Positions 15,756 to 23,381 are shown, numbered from the stretch's first letter. The stretch: 24,000 nt of DNA from Reyranella sp. (GCA_022844015.1 JALHMO010000055.1:8305-32304), one strand, 5' to 3'. Numbers and translations are program-made. Notes: generated by a model from the sequence alone, not told the origin.

Positions 15756-15810
15756 AGCCCTGATTCTGTTTCTTCGGGCGAAGTCTAACTGCCATCTACA
15801 CTGGAAGCAC

Positions 15811-16458
15811 TCAATACCGCCCGGTCCTCGCCGCCCACCAATAGGCGAGCGGCTTGCGCCAGGGTGTCAGGCCACCGTCGAGCGACAAGGCCGGAAGCAG
15901 GATGGGCAGTGCCGCCTTGTCGATCCTGCTGCGCAAGGCGCGGGCTTCGGCGAGCAGCGCCGCGCGCTCCGGTCCCTCGCCCATCAACCAGGCCGAGCCA
16001 ACTGTCCGGGCCGCCTGCAGCGTCGCAGCATCAGCGACGCCGAGCACGGCGAGCTCGAGATCGGCCAGTGCGTGGCCCGCGCGCACCACGTCGAGGGCGC
16101 CGTCGATTTCCTCCTCTCGGGCGTCGATCAGCGCCTCGAGCCTCTCGGGGGCGAGACGATGACGGCGCACTGCTTCGCTGAGCGCCTCGACGACAGGTTG
16201 CGCCCGCGGTGCGCCAGCGCCTGTCGCCTCGGCCACCGCCTCGCGCCACCACTGCAGGCGGATGCGCGCCAGCATGGGCTCTCGCGTGACCGTCGGGGTG
16301 CGCGCCAGCTCGTGATCGAAAGCCAGCAGCGCCAGCAGGTCGGAGCGCGCCGGCTCGGGCGCGAACAAGGCGGCGAGGAAGCGATCCCGGTCGGCAGCAC
16401 GCACCGTTTCGAGCACGTAGCGGTGTGCGGCGTCGGGCGCACGGTAGCCATCCGTCAT
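15811..16458 (-). CDS. squalene/phytoene synthase-family protein (short alphaproteobacterial form, NDUFAF6-like)
   Basis: 215-aa ORF. ...VRAADRDRFLAALFAPEPARSDLLALLAFDHELARTP..V.EPMLARIRLQWWREA matches the N-terminal pattern of the non-carotenoid phytoene-synthase-like proteins common in alphaproteobacteria. Confidence 0.72.
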   Translation of the reverse strand: MTDGYRAPDAAHRYVLETVRAADRDRFLAALFAPEPARSDLLALLAFDHELARTPTVTREPMLARIRLQWWREAVAEATGAGAPRAQPVVEALSEAVRRHRLAPERLEALIDAREEEIDGALDVVRAGHALADLELAVLGVADAATLQAARTVGSAWLMGEGPERAALLAEARALRSRIDKAALPILLPALSLDGGLTPWRKPLAYWWAARTGRY

Positions 16459-16568
16459 CGCGGACAGTGACCCAACTGCGACAGTTGAACGCAGCCCCCC
16501 GGAGGATTACACTTCCACTCATAGGGATTTGCCAATCCCTTCAATGAGATAAAGGGGGAGATACCGAG

Positions 16569-17165
16569 ATGGGTGCAATATTCACCTCGCCAGGACGCAC
16601 CGTAGCCGCCGGTGTCGTGCTGCTGATCCTGATCGTCATCGTCGTCGGCCTGCTGACCGGACAGATGGCCAAGATCGATCACAACTGGGCCACCTTCCTC
16701 ATGCGCTGGTTGCACGTCGTCAGCGGCGTGCTGTGGATCGGCCTTCTCTGGTACCTGAACTTCATACAGGTGCCGACCATGCCGACCATCCAGCCGGTCG
16801 AGAGCCGCAGCGCCATCACCAAGTACATTGCCCCGAACGTGTTGTTCTACTTCCGCCACGCCGCCCTCGCCACGGTGATCACGGGCCTGCTGCTGGCGTG
16901 GATGCTGGGCTACATCGTGAGCGCGCTGACCCTGCAGAAGGGCTTCGTGATGATCGGCATCGGCATGTGGATGGCGCTCGTCATGGCCTTCAACGTCTGG
17001 TTCATCATCTGGCCCAACCAGCAGAAGATCCTCGGCCTGGTCGAGGCGACCGCCGAGGAAAAGGCGGCGGCCGCCAAGCCGGCGCTCTATGCCAGCCGCT
17101 TCAACACCATGTTCTCGATCGGCATGCTCTATTGCATGGTGGCGCAACAGAACGCGCCGGTGTGA
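16569..17165 (+). CDS. integral membrane protein resembling the N-terminal membrane domain of urate hydroxylase PuuD (no cytochrome c domain present)
   Basis: ATG at 16569 is preceded by AGGGGGAG. The 198-aa product has about 4-5 hydrophobic spans, and LMRWLHVVSGVLWIGLLWYLNFIQVP resembles the PuuD N-terminal domain motif as I recall it. The function is uncertain. Confidence 0.6.
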   Translation: MGAIFTSPGRTVAAGVVLLILIVIVVGLLTGQMAKIDHNWATFLMRWLHVVSGVLWIGLLWYLNFIQVPTMPTIQPVESRSAITKYIAPNVLFYFRHAALATVITGLLLAWMLGYIVSALTLQKGFVMIGIGMWMALVMAFNVWFIIWPNQQKILGLVEATAEEKAAAAKPALYASRFNTMFSIGMLYCMVAQQNAPV

Positions 17166-17187
17166 ACACGGCATGGAGCCGAACGTC

Positions 17188-17218
17188 GAACGGGGCCCGC
17201 ACGGGCCCCGTTTCTTTT
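17188..17218 (+). terminator. Rho-independent terminator downstream of the membrane-protein gene
   Basis: A perfect 10-bp GC-rich stem, aacggggccc (17188-17197) and gggccccgtt (17202-17211), has a 4-nt loop gcac and is followed by tcttttgg. It lies between the convergent genes ending at 17165 (+) and 17231 (-). Confidence 0.72.
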
Positions 17219-17230
17219 GGCCGATCGCGC

Positions 17231-17848
17231 TCACGGCCGTCGGGCAAGCGCCAGGCCGACGCCCGCACCGATCAGCAGGCCGCCGGTCAGGCGGTTGCGC
17301 AGCCGGACGTGAGCGATCAGCAGAGCGCGCAGTCGGTCGGCCAGCAGCGCCCACACGCCGTCCAGGACGACCGCGATCGCCAGGAAGGTCGCGGCCAGCA
17401 GCAGCAGCTGGTCGGACGCCGTCGGGCCGGGAACGATGAACTGCGGCAGGAAGGCGCCGTAGAACAGCAACGTCTTGGGGTTGGTGAGCCCGACCAGGAA
17501 GCCGCGCATGAAGATCACCCGGGCCGAGCGAGCCTGCGGACCGACCTGGCTGAGATCGGTCGCCGGTGCGCGCCAGGCGGCGATGCCGAGCCATACCAGG
17601 TAGGCGACACCAATCCAGCGCAGCCAATCGAAGCTCGCCGCGAGGAAGCTCAGCACGACGGTGGCTCCCGCCACAGTGAGCGCCAGGTGGACGACGACGG
17701 CACTGCTGGTGCCGGCAACCGTCAGCAACCCGAAGCGGGCGCCATGGGCCACGCTGTTGGCGACGATCAGCGCGACGTTCGGTCCCGGGATCACGATCAG
17801 GACGACGCAGGCGAGGACGTAGGCGAGGTAGAGGTCGAGGGGCATCAT
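17231..17848 (-). CDS. LysE/RhtB-family amino-acid (threonine/homoserine-lactone type) exporter
   Basis: ORF 17231..18160 trimmed to the ATG at 17848 (MMPLDLYLAYVLACVVLIVIPGPNVALIVANSV...). The IPGPN motif, ..GLTNPKTLLFYGAFLPQF.. and the roughly 205-aa six-TM layout are typical of the LysE superfamily. Confidence 0.85.
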   Translation of the reverse strand: MMPLDLYLAYVLACVVLIVIPGPNVALIVANSVAHGARFGLLTVAGTSSAVVVHLALTVAGATVVLSFLAASFDWLRWIGVAYLVWLGIAAWRAPATDLSQVGPQARSARVIFMRGFLVGLTNPKTLLFYGAFLPQFIVPGPTASDQLLLLAATFLAIAVVLDGVWALLADRLRALLIAHVRLRNRLTGGLLIGAGVGLALARRP

Positions 17849-17910
17849 TGCGGATACTGTAGCCGGAATTTCTCTTCTCCGGACCACGGGGTCCGGCCGG
17901 CTCTTCCCAT

Positions 17911-18318
17911 CTACAACGGCACCAGGGCGGCGGCCACGCGCCGGCTCTCGGCGAGCAGCACGTTGAAGATCCGGCAGGCCGAGCCGGTGTCGACCACCTC
18001 GAGGGCCAGCCCGGCCTGCCTGAGCTCGGCGCGCAGCGCCGGCGGCACGAGGATGGCGCGCGGCCCGCAGCCCAGCACCAGCAGCTCCGGCGGCGGCTCG
18101 ACCTGGCGGAGCGGTGCCAGGGAGGCGAGCGACAGCTCCTCGACCCGTGCCACTGCCCATTCGACGGTCAACGTGGGCGTCACCAGCACGGGCGTGCGCC
18201 AGTCGCGCTCGCCGATCAGGAAGCGGCCGGGACCGTAGCTGCGGATGAGCTGGACACGAGCCGGGTCCGGCGTCGGCAGGGTCTTGTCGTCGGGCGGGCC
18301 GGCCGACGGGCCGCTCAC
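17911..18318 (-). CDS. Mth938-like (DUF498) domain protein, bacterial NDUFAF3 homologue
   Basis: This is the 3' end of the long ORF 17911..20439. The proposed GTG start at 18318 overlaps the secF stop in a GTGA (18315-18318). ..IRSYGPGRFLIGERDW.....VTP....W..........L..L......PELLVLGCG......PPALRAELRQAGLALEVVDTGSACRIFNVLLAESRRVAAAL fits the Mth938 domain. The start codon is uncertain. Confidence 0.72.
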   Translation of the reverse strand: MSGPSAGPPDDKTLPTPDPARVQLIRSYGPGRFLIGERDWRTPVLVTPTLTVEWAVARVEELSLASLAPLRQVEPPPELLVLGCGPRAILVPPALRAELRQAGLALEVVDTGSACRIFNVLLAESRRVAAALVPL

Positions 18319-19493
18319 GCCCTTGCCTTCTCGGCTTTCTCGTCGTCCCTGTTCAGCTGCTCGGGCCGCAGGTTGAGGTAGACCAGCGTCGCGCCGGCGA
18401 TCCAGACCGAGGAGTAGGTGCCCACGATGACGCCCCACAGCATGGCGATGGAGAAGCTGTAGAGCACCGGGCCGCCGAACAGGACCAGCGCCAGCACGGC
18501 GACGAACATCGTCCCCGAGGTCATCAGCGTGCGGGCCAGCGTCTCGTTGATGCTGAAGTTCAGCAGCTCGACCAGGCCCATCTTCTTGTAGCGGCGCATA
18601 TTCTCGCGAACGCGATCGAAGATGACCACGGTGTCGTTGATCGAGTAGCCGGCGATGGTCATCAGCGCGGCGAGGGCCGTCAGGCTGAAATCGAGCTGCA
18701 GGACCACGAACAGGCCGACCGTGGAGATCACGTCGTGCAGCAGCGCGACCAAGGCGCCGACACCGAACTGCCATTCGAAGCGGAACCAGACGTAGATCGC
18801 GATCGCCGCGAGCGTCGCCACGATGGCGATGATTCCGCTGCGCATCAGCTCGTCGCCGATCTTGGGGCCGACCGATTCGGTGCCGCGCAGCTCGTACTTG
18901 TCGCCGATCGCGTCCTCGACCAGCTTGATCGCAACCTGCTGGCACCATTCGGCCCGCTGGTCGGGCGTCATCTCGACCTTTGCCGTGTTGACCGAGCCAC
19001 GCGGCAGCTGGCGCTCCTGGACCGTGAGGCCGACGCGGCTCACCGCGTCGCGCCAGCCGACGGAATCGAGCGCGCTCGGCGCAGTGAACTCCACGTCTCC
19101 CGTCCCCGCAGCGCCCGGCTTGACGGCCCAGTTGCCGCCGGCCCGGCGCTTCAGGACGCGGTCGGCGTTGGCGACGCACTGGGCGCTGCCTTCCTGGCGC
19201 TGAACGCGGATCAGGGCAGTGCTGGCATCGCCGAACTCCTGGAGCGACACCTCGCCGACATCGAGTGCGCCCACCGTGGCGCGCAGTTGGTCGAGCTGGA
19301 CCGTGCCCTGCTTGGCGCGGACCTGGACGGCAATGCCGCCTTCGAAATCGATGCCGAAATTGAGGCCGAACACGAGGACGCCGACCAGCGACAGCACGTT
19401 GATCACGGTCGAGGCAATGAGCGCCACCCGGCGCTTGCCCATGAAGTCGAAGCTCGTACGGGCGCGAATGAGGTGGTGCGGTCTCCACAACAT
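18315..19493 (-). CDS. secF: protein-export membrane protein SecF (with enlarged periplasmic P1 domain)
   Basis: 392-aa ORF starting 9 nt after the secD stop. It has ..TSFDFMGKRR.. then TM1 and LNFGIDFEGG, and later ..SVGPKIGDEL..G and ..IAGYSINDTVVIFDRVREN.., all typical of SecF. Confidence 0.92.
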   Translation of the reverse strand: MLWRPHHLIRARTSFDFMGKRRVALIASTVINVLSLVGVLVFGLNFGIDFEGGIAVQVRAKQGTVQLDQLRATVGALDVGEVSLQEFGDASTALIRVQRQEGSAQCVANADRVLKRRAGGNWAVKPGAAGTGDVEFTAPSALDSVGWRDAVSRVGLTVQERQLPRGSVNTAKVEMTPDQRAEWCQQVAIKLVEDAIGDKYELRGTESVGPKIGDELMRSGIIAIVATLAAIAIYVWFRFEWQFGVGALVALLHDVISTVGLFVVLQLDFSLTALAALMTIAGYSINDTVVIFDRVRENMRRYKKMGLVELLNFSINETLARTLMTSGTMFVAVLALVLFGGPVLYSFSIAMLWGVIVGTYSSVWIAGATLVYLNLRPEQLNRDDEKAEKARA

Positions 19494-19502
19494 GGCAGCG
19501 CC

Positions 19503-21173
19503 TCAGATCGGCAATTCGGTCGGCCGCCGGACGCGCACCCAGGTCGCCAGCAGCATGCGGGTGAAGATCGTGGCGGTAAACAGGTGGGTGAGCAGGCCGA
19601 GCGTCAGCGAGGTCGCGAAGCCGCGGATCGGACCCGAGCCGAAGCCGAACAGCAGCACGCCGGCGATCAGCGCTGTCAGGTTGGAATCGATGATCGCCGT
19701 CAGCGCCCGTTCGTATCCCGTCGCCAGGGCGCTGAACGCCGACCGGCCGTTCGCCTTCTCCTCGCGCACGCGCTCGTAGATCAGCACGTTGGAATCGACG
19801 GACATGCCGACGGTCAGCACCAGGCCGGCGATACCGGGAAGGGTCAACGATGCACCGAGGATCGACATGCCGGCGAACACCAGCAGCATGTTGACCAGCA
19901 TGGCGATGCTGGCGAAGCCGCCGAAGACCGGGCCATAAACGACCAGCATCAGCAGGATGACCAGGGCGGTGCCGATCAGCGCCGCCGTCGTCCCGGACTG
20001 GATGGCGTCGGCGCCGAGATCGGCGCCGACAGTGCGCTCCTCGATGATGCTGAGCGTCGCCGGCAGGGCGCCCGACCGCAGCAGCAGGGCCTGCTCCTGG
20101 GTCTGCTGCGTGGTGAAGGTGCCAGTGATGATGCCGCTGCCGCCACAGATCGCGCTCTGGACGACCGGGGCACTGATGATCTCGTTGTCGAGCTGGATCG
20201 CCAGCCGCTTGCCGACGTTCTGCCGCGTGGCGTTGCAGAATGCCCGTCCGCCAGCGGTGTTGAAGGTGAAGCTGATGATCGGCCGGCCACCCTGCTGCTG
20301 CTCGAAGGTCGCCTTGGCATCGTCGAGATCTTCCCCGCCCACGACCACGCGCTTCAGCACCGGCAGGCACTGCGGCTGGTAACGGCGGCAGATCTGCTCG
20401 GGCGAGAGCCGCGGGTTGGCCGCCTGGATCTCTTCCCATGCCTTGGGATTGGCGCGGCGCAGCTCCTGCATGCCCTCGCGCGTGGGCACCAGAGAGGTCG
20501 TGGGCGGCAGGCTCGTGGGAATGTTGGCGCCGGATTGCGCCACGTCCTCGTTGACCAGATGAAAGGTGAGCTTGGCTGTCTGGTTGATCTTGCGCTTGAG
20601 GTCGGTCGTGTCCTTGATGCCCGGTACTTGCAGCAGGATTCGATCGTCGCCCTGCCGCACGATGGTGGGCTCGATGGTGCCGGTCTCATCGACGCGGCGG
20701 CGCAGGATCTCGATCGACTGCTCGATGACCTCCTTCTTCCTGTTGAAGAGCTCCTGGTCGGAATAGGCGAGGCGGATGGTGTCACCGCTGCCCGACACGG
20801 CGAGCGACGGGTCAACGGCCCGGATCGCTTCGAGGGCCTTCGCGCGCTGCGCCTCGTCCCGCAAGGTGACGATCACGGCGCGGCTCGCCTCGACCGTCAC
20901 GTCCTTGAGGCCGACCTGCTGCTTGCGCATCTCCGCGCGCACCGAATCGGACAGGTTGGTAAGCCGTTCGTTGAGGACGGTGCGCAGGTCGGCCTCGAGC
21001 TGGAAATGCGCGCCGCCCCGCAGGTCGAGGCCGAGATTGATTCGGCTCTGCTGGTACCAGCCGGGCAGGTGATCGAGCACCGCCGCCGGCAGGATATTGG
21101 GCAAGGCAAACAGCGCGCCCAGTGCCGTGAAGACGATGACGGCGATGGTCTGCCAGCGGGGAAGATTGAGCAT
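19503..21173 (-). CDS. secD: protein-export membrane protein SecD
   Basis: 556-aa ORF. It has ..INLGLDLRGGAHFQLEADL.., ..VGADLGADAIQSG.., and ..LPGIAGLVLTVGMSVDSNVLIYERVREE.. characteristic of SecD. Confidence 0.93.
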   Translation of the reverse strand: MLNLPRWQTIAVIVFTALGALFALPNILPAAVLDHLPGWYQQSRINLGLDLRGGAHFQLEADLRTVLNERLTNLSDSVRAEMRKQQVGLKDVTVEASRAVIVTLRDEAQRAKALEAIRAVDPSLAVSGSGDTIRLAYSDQELFNRKKEVIEQSIEILRRRVDETGTIEPTIVRQGDDRILLQVPGIKDTTDLKRKINQTAKLTFHLVNEDVAQSGANIPTSLPPTTSLVPTREGMQELRRANPKAWEEIQAANPRLSPEQICRRYQPQCLPVLKRVVVGGEDLDDAKATFEQQQGGRPIISFTFNTAGGRAFCNATRQNVGKRLAIQLDNEIISAPVVQSAICGGSGIITGTFTTQQTQEQALLLRSGALPATLSIIEERTVGADLGADAIQSGTTAALIGTALVILLMLVVYGPVFGGFASIAMLVNMLLVFAGMSILGASLTLPGIAGLVLTVGMSVDSNVLIYERVREEKANGRSAFSALATGYERALTAIIDSNLTALIAGVLLFGFGSGPIRGFATSLTLGLLTHLFTATIFTRMLLATWVRVRRPTELPI

Positions 21174-21199
21174 TCCGGTCTTCTATCCGGCCTTTGCGG

Positions 21200-21622
21200 C
21201 TACTTCTTGCCGCCGAACAGGCTGCCCAGCAGGCTCCTGCGCTCGGGCACCGGCGCAGGCGGCGGCAACATGGGCTTCTCGTCCTCCTCGGAATCTTTGG
21301 CACCGCGCACCGATTCGCCGCGCGTCACGATGTCCGTGATGGTCTGCTTGACGATGCGCACGCGCACGCCGTCGGCGAGCTCGACCTGCAACTCGTTGTC
21401 CGAGATGACTTTGGTGACCAGGCCGATGATGCCGCCGCCGGTCACGACCCGGTCGCCGCGCTTGACGCCGGCCAGCATCTCCCGCTGGGCTCGCACCTTG
21501 GCTTGCTGTGGACGGATCAGCAGGAAATAGAAGACCACGAAGATCAGGATCAGCGGGAACAGCTGGACGAGGAAATCGCCGCCGCCACCCGACCCTTGCG
21601 CCCATGCCTGGGAAATGAACAT
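21200..21622 (-). CDS. yajC: preprotein translocase subunit YajC (with C-terminal Pro-rich extension)
   Basis: ORF 21200..21688 trimmed to the ATG at 21622, preceded by GGGAGCGGAAG. ..LFPLILIFVVFYFLLIRPQQAK..A...ML..VKRGD.VVT.GGI.G.V..V..... is the YajC signature. It lies 26 nt upstream of secD. Confidence 0.88.
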   Translation of the reverse strand: MFISQAWAQGSGGGGDFLVQLFPLILIFVVFYFLLIRPQQAKVRAQREMLAGVKRGDRVVTGGGIIGLVTKVISDNELQVELADGVRVRIVKQTITDIVTRGESVRGAKDSEEDEKPMLPPPAPVPERRSLLGSLFGGKK

Positions 21623-21780
21623 CTTCCGCTCCCGATTCTTTCCGGCCCCGTTGGCGCCTTTGGCTGCCGGGCGGCCAAAACGCCCCATTGAAAAGCGCGC
21701 GGACTATAGCGACCCCACCCCGCTTTGCAACGCAAGTGCGGGGACGATATGGTCTGGCCCTTTTTTCACGACGCAATCCA

Positions 21781-22644
21781 ATGGATCAAGACCTTAAGGC
21801 CACTCTTTCACGCATCGTCGAAGCCCTGGACCGGCTGGCACCGCCCACCCCGCCCGGCGCCGACCTGGCGGCGGCCGAGGCATACGTCTGGCACGCTGCC
21901 GGGCATCGCTTCGAGGCCGTGGCCAAGGTGAACCGCGTGGATCTCGGCCTGCTTAAGGGCATCGATCGCCAGAAGGAGACCCTGGTCGAGAACACCAGGC
22001 GCTTCGCCAGGGGTCTGCCGGCCAACAACGCCCTGCTCTGGGGCTCGCGCGGCGCCGGCAAGAGCTCGATCGTGAAGGCAGTCCACGCCGCGGTGAATCG
22101 CGAGATGGGTGGGCCGCCAGGTCCCCTCGCCCTGGTCGAGATTCATCGCGAGGACATCCCTTCCCTGCCCGTGCTGCTGGCGATGGTTCGCCCGTCGTCC
22201 CGGCGCTTCGTGGTGTTCTGCGACGACCTGTCGTTCGACGGCCAGGACGCCGCCTACAAGTCCCTGAAGGCCGTGCTGGAAGGCGGCATCGAGGGCCGGC
22301 CCGAGAATGTCGTGTTCTATGCGACGTCGAATCGCCGACACCTGATGCCGCGCGACATGATCGAGAACGAGCGGTCGACGGCAATCAACCCGTCGGAAGC
22401 GGTCGAGGAGAAGGTGTCGTTGAGCGACCGCTTCGGCCTCTGGCTCGGCTTCCACAACGCCGACCAGGACACGTTCTTCGCCATGATCGAAGGCTATGCC
22501 CGCCATTACGGGCTCGAGGTTCCGTCCGAGACACTGCACAAGCAGGCCATCGAATGGTCGGTGACACGCGGTGCGCGCTCGGGCCGCGTGGCCTGGCAGT
22601 TCATCCAGGAGGTCGCCGGCCAGCTCGGCAAGAAGCTGGGGTAG
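21781..22644 (+). CDS. DUF815-type AAA ATP-binding protein
   Basis: ORF 21688..22644 trimmed to the ATG at 21781 (MDQDLKATL...). It has Walker A LLWGSRGAGKSS and Walker B-like FVVFCDDLSF, followed by ..FYATSNRRHL.. It is divergent from yajC, an arrangement I recall as common in alphaproteobacteria. Confidence 0.8.
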   Translation: MDQDLKATLSRIVEALDRLAPPTPPGADLAAAEAYVWHAAGHRFEAVAKVNRVDLGLLKGIDRQKETLVENTRRFARGLPANNALLWGSRGAGKSSIVKAVHAAVNREMGGPPGPLALVEIHREDIPSLPVLLAMVRPSSRRFVVFCDDLSFDGQDAAYKSLKAVLEGGIEGRPENVVFYATSNRRHLMPRDMIENERSTAINPSEAVEEKVSLSDRFGLWLGFHNADQDTFFAMIEGYARHYGLEVPSETLHKQAIEWSVTRGARSGRVAWQFIQEVAGQLGKKLG

Positions 22645-22660
22645 CAACGGAGGTTCCAGC

Positions 22661-23278
22661 ATGGACAACCCCGAGGACGCGATGTTCTCGCCCGCCGTCA
22701 AGGCGGAGCAGGCGCGCCTCGGCTCGCGCGCCCAATTCGAAGGCCGCGCCTGGAAATCGGAGATCACCGACGAGCTGCGTCAGTTCCTGGCCGTCGTCGA
22801 CACCTTCTTCCTGGCGACCGCCAGCGCTGACGGGAGGCCCTACGTGCAACATCGCGGCGGCCCACCCGGGTTCCTCAAGACGATCGGCACCCAAACGCTG
22901 GCCTTCGCCGACTTTGCCGGCAACCGCCAGTACATCTCGCTGGGCCATCTCAAGGAAAACGACCGCGCCCACATCTTCATCCCCCACTTCGCCACCCAGC
23001 AGCGGGTAAAACTGTGGGGCCGCGCGCGCGTCGTCGAAGGCGACCGCGAGCTGATGGAACGCCTGGTCGATCCGGGCTATCGCGCCCGCCCGGAGCGGGC
23101 GATCGCCTTCCGCCTCGAAGCCTGGGACATCAACTGCCGCCAGCATATCGTGCCGCGCTACACGGAGGCCGAGCTCGCGCCTGCGGTCGATCGGCTGGCG
23201 CAACGGATCAAGGAGCTGGAGGCGGAGGTCGCGCGGCTGAAGGCACCAACTGCTCCAACCAACAAGACCTCATCCTGA
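22661..23278 (+). CDS. pyridoxamine 5'-phosphate oxidase-family (FMN-binding split-barrel) protein
   Basis: ORF 22571..23278 trimmed to the ATG at 22661, which is preceded by ACGGAGG. ..FFLATASADGRPYVQHRGGPPGFLK......AFADFAGNRQYISLGHL..NDRA..F... fits the PNPOx-like fold family. Confidence 0.75.
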   Translation: MDNPEDAMFSPAVKAEQARLGSRAQFEGRAWKSEITDELRQFLAVVDTFFLATASADGRPYVQHRGGPPGFLKTIGTQTLAFADFAGNRQYISLGHLKENDRAHIFIPHFATQQRVKLWGRARVVEGDRELMERLVDPGYRARPERAIAFRLEAWDINCRQHIVPRYTEAELAPAVDRLAQRIKELEAEVARLKAPTAPTNKTSS

Positions 23279-23381
23279 GGAGGTCGCGTAGCGACCGTCT
23301 CGAAGGATGGCGATCAGGCACGGTGCTTTGTTGCCCATGCTTCGAGACGCCGCGTCGGGCGCGGCTCCTCAGCATGAGGTC
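23266..23381. repeat. branched palindromic (REP/MITE-like) element overlapping the stop codon of the preceding gene
   Basis: The outer 17-bp arms gacctcatcctgaggag (23266-23282) and ctcctcagcatgaggtc (23365-23381) have 1 mismatch. The inner 15-bp arms cgtctcgaaggatgg (23296-23310) and ccatgcttcgagacg (23335-23349) have 1 mismatch. Each linker is itself a mini-hairpin (gtcgc-gta-gcgac and ccgcg-tcggg-cgcgg). There is a single copy in the window. Confidence 0.7.

Larger units (their letters stand above)
13140..15800. other. compositionally distinct islet carrying a methyltransferase-Vsr-nuclease module (boundaries approximate)
   Basis: By eye the region is clearly less GC-rich, and has more A/T in third codon positions, than the flanks. 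This was not computed. It contains only the three genes below. No integrase, transposase, tRNA or convincing flanking direct repeats were seen. Confidence 0.6.

Noticed and set aside
13205-15815. An 8-bp inverted match, attgagtg (13205-13212) and cactcaat (15808-15815), bracketing the R-M islet as possible terminal inverted repeats.
   Set aside because: An 8-bp match is too short to be significant across 2.6 kb. The right copy overlaps the stop codon of a conserved gene, and no adjacent direct duplication is visible.
17879-17896. A small hairpin ccggacc-acgg-ggtccgg after the Mth938 gene as a terminator.
   Set aside because: It has only a 7-bp stem, and on the minus strand it is followed by agaagagaaatt with no U-run. 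It may still have some function, but the call is not supportable.
17911-20439. An 842-aa minus-strand ORF spanning the secF/secD region.
   Set aside because: Only its last ~135 codons (17911-18318) encode a recognisable protein, the Mth938 domain. The rest is an off-frame read-through of secF/secD with a nonsense-like composition.
18735-21530. A 931-aa ORF on the + strand. Other very long ORFs are similar: 20..1219 +, 1183..2874 +, 5072..6610 -, 8000..9229 +, 9100..10839 +, 10777..12060 -, 16455..17627 -, 16733..18238 +, 21808..22767 -.
   Set aside because: All lie antisense to, or out of frame with, genes that have clear family signatures (secDF, nadE, MATE and others). Their translations are low-complexity Arg/Ala/Gly/Pro-rich strings, typical of stop-codon-poor shadow frames in GC-rich DNA.
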